Positions 22,471 to 34,903 of a stretch of 64,000 bases of DNA are shown one piece after another. The stretch is from NCBI GenBank assembly GCA_027604505.1, contig JADIIX010000008.1, forward strand, positions 1 to 64,000, read 5' to 3'. The translations under genes were made by a program, and so were the position numbers. This stretch comes from Gonapodya sp. JEL0774. Its lineage: Eukaryota. The notes below the pieces were generated by a model, which had not been told where the DNA came from, did not search any database, and was given only the letters and a program-made list of their open reading frames with translations. Numbering within the stretch: the first letter of the stretch is position 1; each line of letters opens with the position of its first letter.

Positions 22471-24913
22471 ATGCCCCTCCTTGCGCTGTACACAGTGTCG
22501 TGCGATCCTCTCTCCGTTTCAATCCGCATCATTGCGAAGTTGAAGGTCGTGCCCTTTTACAAGATTGTCTTGCTGCCGGATATAAAACCTGCTTGGTTCG
22601 CTCGTGGTATGCGTTTTGGGTGCACTGGGGGTGGAGCTGAGTTCTGTACCTTTTCTTGCCATGGAGGTTCGGGGAAACACTTACATGACAAAACTTGAAA
22701 TTTTGCACTCTCCAGCCTCGCCGGAAGGCAAGCTTCCACTACTTCGCATAGATGACAAGCATTTTATCGATGATGCTCTTGCCCAGATATCTTTCATCGA
22801 CAAAACTTTCGAGGATGCGAGGGTGGAGAATCGTTCTGTCTATCCTCCGCGAGTTGAACGAAGCGAGGTGAACAGATGGGCGCAGTTTGTTCAGGCACAA
22901 TTTGTTCCCAATTTCGAAAAAGTAAGCTGGCTGCGTGTCAGATGCTCCGGTTGGAGTGATCTGATGGTGGGCGGTCTTATATAGGTGCTGTTGAACGGAG
23001 GCGGCGTCATTCAGGCTCGACATCGCCCGGTGCTAAAGACGTGTTATGACATGATTCACCAACAACTCGCGACTTCCGGAGGGCCTTGGTTTTTTGGGCA
23101 GTGTTATTCCATGATTGACGCGTGAGGCTCATATCCGCCTTTCCCTCGGTCAGATGTCGGCACCGGCAAACTTTAATCCTAATATCACTGATTCATTTCA
23201 GTCTTTTAGCTCCGTTTGCCGCCCGCCGACCCATAATGATGTACCTACGCGACTGGGATGGAGTGGACTTCTCCGACACTGTGCTCCGATCATATCTTGA
23301 CATGCTCGTCACCAGTGATCTCTATCGTGAAGTTGGATATCCCGTCGACGAAATAAAGAAAAACTTCAAGGCCCGCATGACATGGTACGGTGAGCGTGTC
23401 ACGAGATCGCTGCGAACGTGATAACCGACAATGTTCTTAATCAAGGCTCCCACCTCTCTCCATGTTCCGAATGGAGCACGACTCACAACGATGGCACTTG
23501 AGCAAACTACTAGAGACTCTCGTTACAATTTCCTCCGCGCGCAAGGACCGTACTGCGAACCTCAAACGGCTCGCAGATTTGAAGACTCACTATACACTAA
23601 TTTGCGAATTGTACGATTATCACACAACGTGTGAGAACCATGTCTTGATCCCAACATTAACAGAAATTGGCTTACGTGAGTGTTCTGAGAAAACTAGTTG
23701 TTCCTGTTGCACTATACCGTGTTTCAAGCAAATTCAACATTCAACGTTTCAAGCTCCAAAGGAATCAGAAAATGCACTATCTGAGCACGACAATCAGTAC
23801 ACATCCATTCTCGTAGATATTGATGTGTCTTTTTGGTCACAGTTTCCGAATCTCAACGGCCTTTTTCATAGTCCCTAATTCCCATTATCGACGCTGCGCT
23901 GGGAGATCTCAGCGAGTCTACGTTACAGAACCTCTACGACGCTCTGCCTGTTGTCTGCACCTCTATTAGCGACCATCTTCAATCAGAGGAAACGGAAGTT
24001 CTCGCCTGGCTCCACGAGCTGCCAGTGAGTTGAGAACGGGGAAGCTTCTTCGATAATCATTTGGCTTCAAGTTTCAACATTCTTGATGGACAACATCAGA
24101 GCACCTCTCCCGTCTTCCGACGAATCTTCGACAGCCATTCGAATCAACTTGTTCCCCTTCTTCCTTTCATTCTACGAGGTCTGAATGCGCCTCAACGAGC
24201 GCAATACGTCTATAATTTCCAGAATGTTCTGGGCTCCAGCTCTTCAGAGTATGGGCAGGTCTTGGCGTCTGTTAAATACGGAATCCCTGAACAAGATTGG
24301 TGGGATATAGTGGAACGAGTTCCTGGACTTACCGATATTGTTCGAACAGCTGAACTGGTTCCTCCGACTATGTCTCAGAGGTGAGATAGAAAGTTTGATT
24401 CTCGCAATCAGTTTATTCAAAACAAGTTGCAGCAGGTTGATAGTCCCTCCCAGACGGTCTTTTGTGACCAATTTTTCTCTGATAGACAAGGGGAAGAAAT
24501 TCGCCAGTCCCCTTCGTGCCGAGTTTTCGGGACCGCATCATCCCCATCGCAAAGCATCACCCACACTGCCACTTCTGAACAGGGGCGACACCTCTTCGTC
24601 TGATTCACAAAGCCGAGTCACTGATGTCAATTCTGCAGTCTCTGCGCAGATCGTTGCAAGTGCGGCGATCGAGCAACAAGATGGTGGCTTTTATACAACT
24701 CATCAGCCCCAGAGCGTGCGCGTGGAAGAGCACAGTGACTCTGGCCGTTTGGGTGACTTTTCTAGCGCTCTGGACTCTCTATCTAATGTGGAACTCGGAC
24801 GAACGGCAGAAAATGAAGATACCAATGTTCCCAACAATAACAATAGCACACCAATTCTCAAACGGTTCGTAATTGGTCAAGGTAGCACTATTTCCATTAA
24901 TAATAATATGTAA
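22471..24913 (+). CDS. Glutathione S-transferase-like domain fused to a hemerythrin-like domain, multi-exon (3' end uncertain)
   Basis: LYTVSCDPLSVSIRI, SPEGKLPLLRIDD, GPWFFGQCYSMID..LAPF (GST N and C); MEH..., HTTCENHVLIP, EH, HLQSEETEVL (hemerythrin H/HxxxE pattern). Confidence 0.7.
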
Positions 24914-25079
24914 GCCTCATAGTATTTGTATTAGTTTTGAATCCAAATTCTCCCTCCAATTGCGTCGTCCTGGTTAGGAGGACTCGTGGTGAAGCTGTGC
25001 ATGATCATGGCATGACGTGTCACAACAATACCTCGCCTTTCTATCCAACTATCAGATCATCACCTCGAAGTCGCAAGAT

Positions 25080-28000
25080 ATGAAGTGTACGATGACTTTG
25101 ATCCCGTCGCCGCCGATGGAGCTTGTTCCTCTCGTTCGGACATTTAGCGTCACCTGTCCACAACTGTCGCTCCCAAACTATCATTCCATTCCATTCCGCA
25201 CTCTACTGGCATCTTCTACACCAAGTTTTAGTCCGAAAGGATCATCACATGTCTTCGTAAAGCCAGGTCTTTTGAGAGAGGCCATTTCGACTTTGGCTCC
25301 CTTCCACCCTCGTCTCTCACCACTTTCAGGTGCTTCGAAGCGTAGCTATGCCAGTGGAATACCGATGGGGGGATTTCGTATGCCGGGACAGCAGGCTCGA
25401 GAAAAGGGCGCTGCTCTGAAAGAATATGGGATCGATCTTACTCTTCTGGCATCGGAGGGGAAACTGGACCCCGTTATCGGCAGAGAAGAGGAAATTCGAA
25501 GAACTATTCAGGTTCTTAGCCGCAGAACCAAGAATAATCCTGTGCTGAGTGAGTTCGATAGTTGCTCGTGAATGTTTCCGGAATGCGCCGCTCATTGAAT
25601 CATACTCTTCTTGAATGTTTCCCATCATTCCATTGGGCTTCCGTCCGTCACAGTTGGAGAAGCTGGCGTAGGAAAGACTGCAAGTACGCGTTTCTGCACT
25701 CGTTCAGTGCATGTGGCATAGTCGATTCAAAATTCCCCTATGTTCTCACAGTTGCTGAAGGCCTCGCTCAACGGATTGTCGCTGGACAAGTTCCTGAAAG
25801 TATAAAGAATAAGCGGGTCATTGCTCTGGATCTGGGAGCTTTGGTGGCAGGCGCCAAATTCCGTGGAGAATTCGAAGAGAGGCTCAAAGCTGTGCTTTCC
25901 GATGTAACCGAAGAGCAAGGTGGGCTGATTCTTTTCATAGACGAACTCCATACCTTGTTCGGCCTCGGGAAGGCAGAGGGAAGCATGGATGCGAGTAACA
26001 TGCTCAAACCGGCATTGGCTCGAGGTCAATTAAGGTGAGATCGAGGTCTGTTTTGAGCGAGCTTATACCACCACGTTATGCACTGCCAAAGGCTCTGCAT
26101 AGGTGTTGTGGAGCCACGACTATTGATGAATATCGGAAGTATATTGAAAAGGACCCCGCACTCGCTCGGTGAGTGTCTGTGGTGGGGGTTGCAAAGCTGG
26201 AAGAAGTGTTGGCGAACTTTCTCACGACTACCACGATACAGACGATTCCAGTCGGTGATGGTGGACGAACCCACGGTTGGAGATACTATTTCTATTTTGA
26301 GAGGTCTCAAAGAACGGTATGTGAACAAGAATGCGTTTTTGCCGGTTACGTCCTAATATCTGCATCGCCAGATACGAAGTTCATCACGGTGTTCGCATAT
26401 CAGACTCTGCCATTGTGGCTGCTGCGACTCTCTCCCACCGATTTATTCAAGATCGATTCTTACCGGATAAGGCCATCGATCTCATGGATGAGGCATGCAG
26501 CCGCTTAAAGTTGCAGCAAGAATCCAAACCTGACGAACTTCAAGACCTGGATCGACAGATTCTCACCCTACAAATTGAGTTAGAGAGTTTGAAGAAGGTT
26601 TGTAGCTATATTATTCCTCAGCCAAGGGTTGTCTGACGGAACTCCCTGGATTGCTTCTTGTAGGAGACTGATGCCGCTTCCGTGGAGCGACGGGAACGTC
26701 TCGAACATGAACTTGAGAAAAAACAGCAGGATTCCGAACGGCTCAGTCAGATCTGGGAGACGGAGAGAGAAGAAATCGAAGAGATCAAGCAAATTAAGAC
26801 ACAGCTTGAACAAGCTAAGACGGAGTTGGAAATGGCACAGCGACGGGGCGATTTGCACAGAGCATCGGAACTAAAGTATGGTACTATTCCAGAGCTGGAG
26901 AGACAGCTTCCAACGGACTCGTGAGTGATCGATGAGATAATTGAATGTTGAATGCAAGATTGAGACTCGTCCACCAAATGGCAGAGATGAGGACCACCCC
27001 GAATCACTTATTCACGAGCGGGTTACTTCGGATGATATCGCGAGAGTTGTCTCCAAAGCCACCGGTATTCCCGTTCAATCGCTCATGCGTGGTGAGCGGG
27101 AAAAACTATTAAGCATGGAGCAGGCACTGAGCGAGCGGGTTGTGGGCCAAAATGAAGCTATTGCTGCGGTAAGCGAGGCTGTGCGATTGAGTAGAGCCGG
27201 ATTGCAGTCGGAGAAGAGACCGATCGCAAGCTTTATGTTCCTGGGACCCACCGGTGAGTAGTGGGGAAGGGATCGCGAATGTGACTGGCACCTGCGTGGT
27301 AATTTGCTGTTTACAAGGTGTCGGTAAAACCGAACTCTGCAAAACGATCGCGAAGTTCTTATTTGACTCGGAACAGGCGATCGTTAGAGTCGATATGTCA
27401 GAGTACATGGAGAAGTACGTGGCAGCCTCTACCTCGTACGAGGGCACCAGATTGATGTTTTCTGTTCTGCCTTGGCCCCACTTTCAGGTTCTCCACCTCT
27501 CGACTCATCGGTGCTCCGCCGTAAGCAGGAAATTTACTCTAGTTTTCACAAATTTTGATTTCGACTCACCAATGTGGCTGCATTACTCAGAGGATACGTG
27601 GGATACGATGAGGGGGGCGAGTTAACAGAAGCTGTACGTCGAAAACCATATTCGGTGATATTGCTGGATGAAATTGAGAAGGCGCACAGAGGTGAGTCTC
27701 TTTGTTTTGGTCCTCAAATCATTTGATGATCACCGTGCTTTTGTTTGCCCTCATTTCTAGATGTGTGCAACCTTCTCCTCCAAGGTGAGTACACTTTTTT
27801 GCTTCATTATGACAGCTCCATGTTCGTTACTATCAATCCGTCACTCCTTAAGTCCTGGATGAAGGAAATCTGACCGACTCGCAAGGTCGCAAAGTCGACT
27901 TTCGCAATACGCTCATAATAATGACCTCGAACTTGGGTGCCGAGGCGTTTGCACGTGATACTGCCTCAGCGAGAATGGGTGAAGTGTCTCCTGAAGTCAG

Positions 28001-28473
28001 GTCACTAGTGCTTGAAGCTGTTCGCCGTCAATTCTCACCAGAATTTGTCAACCGAATCGATGAGTTGGTCGTGTTTGTACGTCTCTGTATCGTCAATTGT
28101 TCTTGCTTGTGCTTACTTGCTTCCCCCCAATCATCACTTGACCTTCTAGAACCGGTTGAGCCGAGAATCCATCCGGGATATCGTAGATGTTCGCCTGAAA
28201 GAGCTCCAGGACCGTGTCGCAGACAGGAAACTCACTTTGGATGTGGATTCAAATGTGAAAGACTACTTGGCTCAGCACGGTTACGACCCATCCTACGGTG
28301 CACGACCACTCAACAGGATCATACAGAAGGAGCTCCTCAATCAATTAGCCAAGGAACTGATCGAAGGTAGTATTCGAAGTGGGGAGAGAGTCAAGGTGAC
28401 GGTGGGCGATGGGAGTGGGGGCCTCGTGGTGGTACGGAACCATACCCCTGATGTTGAGGTTCAGCAACGTTGA
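25080..28473 (+). CDS. HSP78: Mitochondrial ClpB/Hsp78 disaggregase, multi-exon
   Basis: Transit-peptide-like N-terminus with no Clp N-domain; [54 protein letters not shown]. Confidence 0.95.
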
Positions 28474-28596
28474 TCTGTGGTGTTCGTGACTCAGGAAGAT
28501 TACAAAACGGCTCTTCGTTGCATAATGTGGGCCTCAAGATAATGGGGAGACCACTTCTAACTGATCTTAATAAAGTTTTGTTCCAACAATATCATG

Positions 28597-28910
28597 TTCG
28601 CGCCCCACTCGACAACCCCGGCTGCCTAATGTTCCTTCTGTTCAACACCAACGATAATAATCGTTTCGCCAAGATCGTCAGTGAGTAGAATTGCGACTCG
28701 ACGAACGGTCCACAAGCACCATTGAACAGTTCGAAGACGGGATTTACATATGTATGCGCCGAGACGGGATCAGCGATGCATATTTGTAATGGTCAAAACT
28801 CGAACGACAAACACTTCCGTTGTAGCGTCTGAAAGCCGTACTTTCTTGCGTAATCGAAGAGCACGGTGGGCTGATTATTTTCATTGTGGACGGCCACATG
28901 TGTTCTAGTG
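28597..28910 (-). pseudogene. Decayed tandem duplicate of the CRAL-TRIO gene 3' end
   Basis: Translates ADPVSAHTYVNPVFELFNGACGPFVESQFYSLTILAKRLLSL, matching ADPRHSTTSKKVGELWSHDARGLKSFVESPYYSLTVLPGQSFSL of the neighbouring gene; upstream in-frame stop. Confidence 0.6.
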
Positions 28911-29157
28911 GCATTCTCACCCTGCCATTCGCTCGAGGTCACTTAAGGTGAGGTCGAGATCGATATGAACTAATAACACCGATTCTGATTGTGGTTCAGA
29001 GAGCTGTCTTCGCTGTTCAGGACTCGGGACGGGGAGCACATGAAAGATAAATTCACTGGAGTTTCGGTTGTCTCGCGTACCAGTATTCATTACATGATCA
29101 TCAATGGGGTTTCGGGATATGATGCGCTTACTTCTGAATTCAACAGAGTTCCAAGTT

Positions 29158-30667
29158 TTACTGCCACATCCTGTTCTCTCCCTCGACCATCCCAACGGCC
29201 GAATCCCCCTTCTTGTCAAACTCCAAGGAAAATGACTGTCCCGGCAAGACCGTCAATGAATAGTAAGGTGACTCTACGAACGATTTTAGACCACGGGCGT
29301 CGTGGGACCACAGTTCGCCGACTTTTTTGGAGGTGGTGCTGTGACGGGGGTCAGCGCGATATTCCCAGTAACGCTGCAGAAGGAAATGCCCGATTTTGCA
29401 GTCAGTCGCGAATTCTGTCATGCCAGCAAGCCCTCCTCGACGGTTTCGACACCGACCTTTTGAACGTTCTTTCTCAACGAATTCGAATTGTCCCACAACT
29501 CGTTCGCGACCCACTGAGCGACCTCGTCTCCCAAATGCTCCAATATCCATGGGTCTGCTGGCGCTTTTGGGCTCGCTGGTATGTCAGCGTCCACCTGCTC
29601 CACCTGCGGTGTCAGGTTAGATGTGACGAAGTGTATCTTTGCAGCCGTGGCGGCAGGGAGGACGGCCTCGACGAGGGACCAGGTGCCTGAGAAAATTGAT
29701 GGAGTGTTGAGGAGGACGCAAAGCCCCAGGCGGTCGGGGCTGAGAAATCCGGCGGTTTATTGCATTTAGGAACAGTGACAATTGGGACAGTTGGGCGACA
29801 AGCACCCACTCACAAGTGCGCCAAAAACCTCACGATGTATATCATGAGCATGGGGCTACAGTCTCTGACACCGAATCCGTCGAAGTCACATATCCACACG
29901 AACTGGCCCGGATCCACTGTGCCATCACCAATAGTCACTCCTTGCTCGGCGGCCTTGGCGTCTCGGAGTTTAGTCTTGTTGATGATGTCTTCGATGAGAC
30001 AGTACATGTGGCGAGCAGTGGAGGAGGCGTCGAACCTTGTTGAGTGGGGTAGGAGGGGTGTGGGCGTCAAAATCAGTGCACATATCCACTTGATTGAACA
30101 AGAAATACAAATAGTAAATTCTCACCTGTTTGTAGCCTGCCAAAAGTTCAAATATCCAACTGGTCTTTGATACTTATCGAACCCGACCATTCTCTGTTGT
30201 TGTCCAAAAATGGAAATATGTGTGGAGGACATCTGTTTGCCCTTGAGTGCCCCCACTCACAATAGAATGCCCCTCGGGGTCCTTCGCGCAATCCACGCAC
30301 TCGTTCACGTATGGCTTGTTCTGAGCTCGCCATTTGATGGTAGCCTGAACAGCGTCGGATGCCGATTTGGCGTCGAAATTGGTCGATCGCAGGTAGCGTG
30401 TCAAGCTACCGAAAGTCAAGCAAGGACGCGCGAATGGAATAAATCGGACACGTTATAGGATTAAAACGTGCGAACACATGCCAGCGGTCTTGTCACGGCT
30501 TCCCACGCCCGGACTCACGTCTCGTCGTCGAAGAAACCCAAAACCTTTTCGTCCTCGTCCTGTTTGACCGTCAACGAGTCTCCCAAAAGTGATTTGACAT
30601 CCGAGAGAGTTCCTTGCGGCCCGCCCTTCGCAGGCGAGCCCGGGCGTGGTGGGCTTGAGGAGAGCAT
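29158..30667 (-). CDS. CRAL-TRIO (Sec14-like) lipid-binding protein, multi-exon
   Basis: LTRYLRSTNFD..TIKWR, FVWICDFDGFG, PDRLGLCVLLNTPSIFSGTWSLV..LPAATAAKIHFV. Confidence 0.85.
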
Positions 30668-31523
30668 TCGTAGTATGAAGGAAGCCAGAGTTTGAGTTCG
30701 AGGTTGGTTAGGTAAAAATGCGGCGGCGCTTGGTCCGTGGTCCGCCAAACAGATAAACTTTACCAAAATGCGACAAGATTTCTTCATTCAGTTCTCGGAA
30801 CAAGGAGTACAAATAAACCACTTGAGCCTCAATTGGAATGTGAAGAGCTATGCCGAGCACGGTTCTGATGTGACAGCATGTTGAAAAGTCTCAGCATGCT
30901 CCGCAGTCATCAATAGAATAAAAGCGTTTTTAGATTCAACTTAATCTAATTAGTTCATTCGTTCAAGAAAGGGTCTTTACAAATACATGGTGGCTTCTGG
31001 CTGTCGTCCTAGTGCTTTCCGCCCCTGCCGTCATAATAGTTTTTACTTATCTGGCAGTATCGGTCTTACGCTCGCTCTATCCAATCTTATTATTGTGCGT
31101 GTCCTTGTGACGAATAACAAACTTGTTTGGAATTTTTGGTTTCATTTGTAGACTCAATCTCTATTCAGTGACTTGAGCTGTGTCAGAGATTCAAGCCCGA
31201 CCCCGACAGTCATAGACAGTTACAATCAGTATGCAATAACAATCGAAGCTCGGAGTAAAAGATTGAGGGATGCGACGAGTGCTCGTGTTCGTACTCCAAG
31301 GATGCACAATGTCGACAATTGACGAATACTGCATAAATCAATAGAAAGTAAGTTATTTACATGCATTCAGTACTAAGCTAGACTATATTTTGTCCACTTT
31401 TGCAAACGCCAGAAGTTTTGGTCATGCAACATAAAATAAATACTCCATCCGATAAAGAGACAAAAACAAGATCGAGAGGGAGCATAGTACGGAAATCCAC
31501 GACGAGCGCGGACGGAAAGCTTG

Positions 31524-34219
31524 ATGGCGATGGCGGAAGGCGAAACTGTTGCAAAGCAGCAGGCCAATCCGGCAGGTCCGAGCGAGAGCCAAGCGGGGGG
31601 ACAGAACGTTTGCGAGTCGCACAAAGGAGGACAAGAATCAGGAGAGCCGCCAGGTGTCACGCTTCAGAGCCTTCCTTACGAACTGATCATGCAAATAGCC
31701 AGCAGGGTATGTGGCGGGTGTGAGCACGGGATTGGGGCCCGAGGCGGGTTGCGATGGTGGGGAGAAGGAGCGGAAGGCATACGCGCCCGAGCTGGAAGCG
31801 CGTGTGTGGCGGGGAAAATGCCGGGCCGCCTCCATGCGGATGGTCTACAACAGTCCCATCACACGATGCCTCTGCAACACACAACGCGCAGCGCACTCGC
31901 ACACACACCGCGCCACACTCAAAGTCACAACAGCCACTTTTTGCGCCACTCCCACTCGTCTATTCTCGCGCTCGCACTTTCCTGCCGCGCACTCGCTCCT
32001 GCTGCGCTGGCTGTGCTCAACTCCACCGCTGCACCCCACTGCTTTGCCAATCTGCAAGCATTCTTGAAGGCTGCAAACTCTACAAACTCTGTAGCCACTG
32101 CGGACACCCCTCCTCGCTTCTCCCCGACCCCCCGTTCTGCCACCGCTCTATCAATCTCCCTCTCTGCTCTGGAAGCATGGTGCTTTGCCGACTCCCACCT
32201 CTCCCTCATTCTCCGCTCTTTGGCGAATCTACGAAGACTCGAACTCAATTCTGTGCCCTGCATTGACCTCTCAGGGTTTCTGATTGCGCCCTCCGCACAG
32301 CAGATCGAACGGCCAGTTGCCATATCAGCAGTTAATTGTGACACCATGACCAAGTCAAGAACACTTCTCGACTCAACAAACCTCCCGACGCACGTTGTCT
32401 CACCGCCACTTCCTCCAATCCCCGTCTACCCGCCGCTGACCCACCTGCACATCTCCTCCTCGTCCCACCGCCACATTCGCCTCGACGCCATTCACACTGC
32501 GCTCCGCGCCGTATCACCGACTCTTGTTTCCCTCTCGCTCGACCGCTTCAGAAACTTGGACCTGGTGGACGATGTGAGACCACAGCTCGAGCGTATCGCG
32601 CAGCAGCACCATCAGGCGCATGCGAGCGAACCATACCCCATCACTGTGATGACTAGGTCGGATTCAGCGTACGGGTCTGGTGATGAGGGCGAGCACAAAA
32701 CAGCGCAAAGTCCATCCTCGACCACAACGAACCTTCCTTCCCGCTCCACCCACCTTCCACCCCCTCTCCTGCCCCCACTCCCCCACCTCAAGTACCTATC
32801 CCTCTCTCACAGTCCCGCACTCTCCTCAAACGAGCTTGTCCTCTACCTTCTGGTGCATTGCCCTCTTTTAACCCATTTGAATCTGTCAGGTGGGGGAATG
32901 TTGACTGATGCCGGGGTGAAGAGGATGATCGAAGGATGGAAGACGAAAACCGAAGGAACCATCAATTGCAAAGGTCTCGAATGGGTTGGTCTCAAGGGCT
33001 GTGGTGAGTTGGAGACAATTACAGTTGTGCAATGTAAATACCCCCAAAATCTAGTTACGTGTCATAATTGTGACCCAACACACCCGCAGACCGCCTTGGC
33101 CCTTCCACTTTGGCCCTTCTATGCTCCACATTCCATTCTTCTCTCCGCCACCTGGACATGGAAGGCACAGGTGAACATGCAAAACACAGTACCAGCTCCC
33201 GGTACTTCACGTTTTCACACCACATTCTTACCTCCTCGCCTTCTCTCTTCTTACCAGCCCTCGATTCTCCATCGCTCCATGCCCTCACGCATCCGCCGCT
33301 CCCCAACCTGGTCTCGCTCTCGCTGGCGAGCATTCCTCGACTCGACAATGTATCTCTTGCTAGTCTCTCAGTCTTGCCCAGCTTGGAGATTTTAGATGTT
33401 GCTTGGTGTCCTGGATGGGGGGATGAGGTGATGCGAGATTGGGGGAAGGGTGGACAGACCAAGTTGGTGGATGTGGACGTAACTGGAACTGGCGTGACTT
33501 CGAAAGGCGTGGTGGCATTTTTGAGGGGAAGTGCGAGTGGCTACGGACACGAACAGTGGTATGAGCGAAGGAGGCGAGTGTGGATTGGTATGGAGGAGGC
33601 GGAGAGGGCGAGGGATAGGTGGGAACGGGTGGAACAAGGGCTCACAGAGCGAGACCGGCTCGATGCTGTTGATACTCTTCCTACATCACTTCCACCCCAA
33701 AGAACTGAACCGCCACATTCTTCCTCCTCGTTGAATCATCCCACAATTTATTCCGCACTTCCTACAGTGGCCGCTCCTGTGCCTGTTGCCGTTCCCACGG
33801 TCATGTCTCAGCGTGAGCTGTTGGAATCGCAACCGGTTGTGTCGGCTCCTCCTCCCGCAAATGCATCATCTCCTCCATCGTTGACTTCCTCGTCTGCCTC
33901 ACTCTCTGAACCTTCTTTTAACCCCAATCCCATTCAGTACACACCTTCCCAAACTCTCAACCCATCATCACCTGCGATCCCCCTCCTTTCCCTCTACCTC
34001 GCCCAACGCGCCTCTCGTCCTCGTCACTCACCGGTGGCGATGAGCGCGGAGAGTGATGTGGGCGTTGCTAGAATTGGAGCAGATGGCGGCGGAGACGGCG
34101 AGGAGGAGAGCGTGGAACAAGGGGATGAGGAGCATGACCTGTCATGGTACGGTGGTGCGGGATATGGTGTCGGAGATGGGGAGAGATATGATTTTGATGG
34201 GTGGGCAATGGCAGCGTGA
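31524..34219 (+). CDS. F-box/leucine-rich-repeat protein (one probable intron near 33.0-33.1 kb)
   Basis: F-box-like LQSLPYELIMQIA; LRRs LKYLSLSHS, LTHLNLSG, LEILDVAWC, LVDVDVTGT. Confidence 0.75.
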
Positions 34220-34903
34220 GATAAAATGGGAAGTGGACGTCGGACCAAGAGAGCATTAAGTCGAGCTCTTAGTACTTTTGACGGATAAGGGAAGCGGAAA
34301 GCGCGGGTGGGATTGGCGTCTCAGGACCAGAATGCGACTTGATCTCTGAAGCGGAATGTTGAGGTGGAATAGGTGAATTTTCTGCATCTGGACAGTGGAA
34401 ACTGACTCCTACACGACGTTGTGATTAATCATTGTTCAGGTTACCTTATTTCGCAACCTCAAGAATTAAAGTGCTCTTTGGTTGAAGCCATAGCAATGTC
34501 TTGAGTGTGTGGTATTTGCAAACGATATAATCGTATGAGCAGTCCGTTTGGTTGGTGCTATTAGTCCCATTGTGAGTGACCATAATGACACAAGCTGTTA
34601 TGTGCAGGCAAAGTTCAGCTCCGAATGAAGGTTAGCTTTGATCGTGGGACATGGTGAAGGTATATGAAACAGCATGATGAACTATTCACCCGGAACGTGA
34701 ATGAAAGCGTAAGTATCAATAGCATCATCCAACGAATATTCCACAGCCCACCGTCGACACTCTCAATCTCACGCTCCGTTGGTCATATCCATCATGTGAC
34801 GAACCGTCTATTGACTCGGTGACCGAGCTGGAACTCAATCGGGATGACATGAAAGGGCGTAGTGCTGGGGCTATTGTGTGAGGTGACGGCGTCCAAGAAT
34901 TCG

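Noticed and set aside
28989..29690. 233-aa + strand ORF, and similar long antisense ORFs (e.g. 43250-44056, 63087-63902)
   Set aside because: Shadow ORFs opposite well-supported genes, with no recognisable motifs
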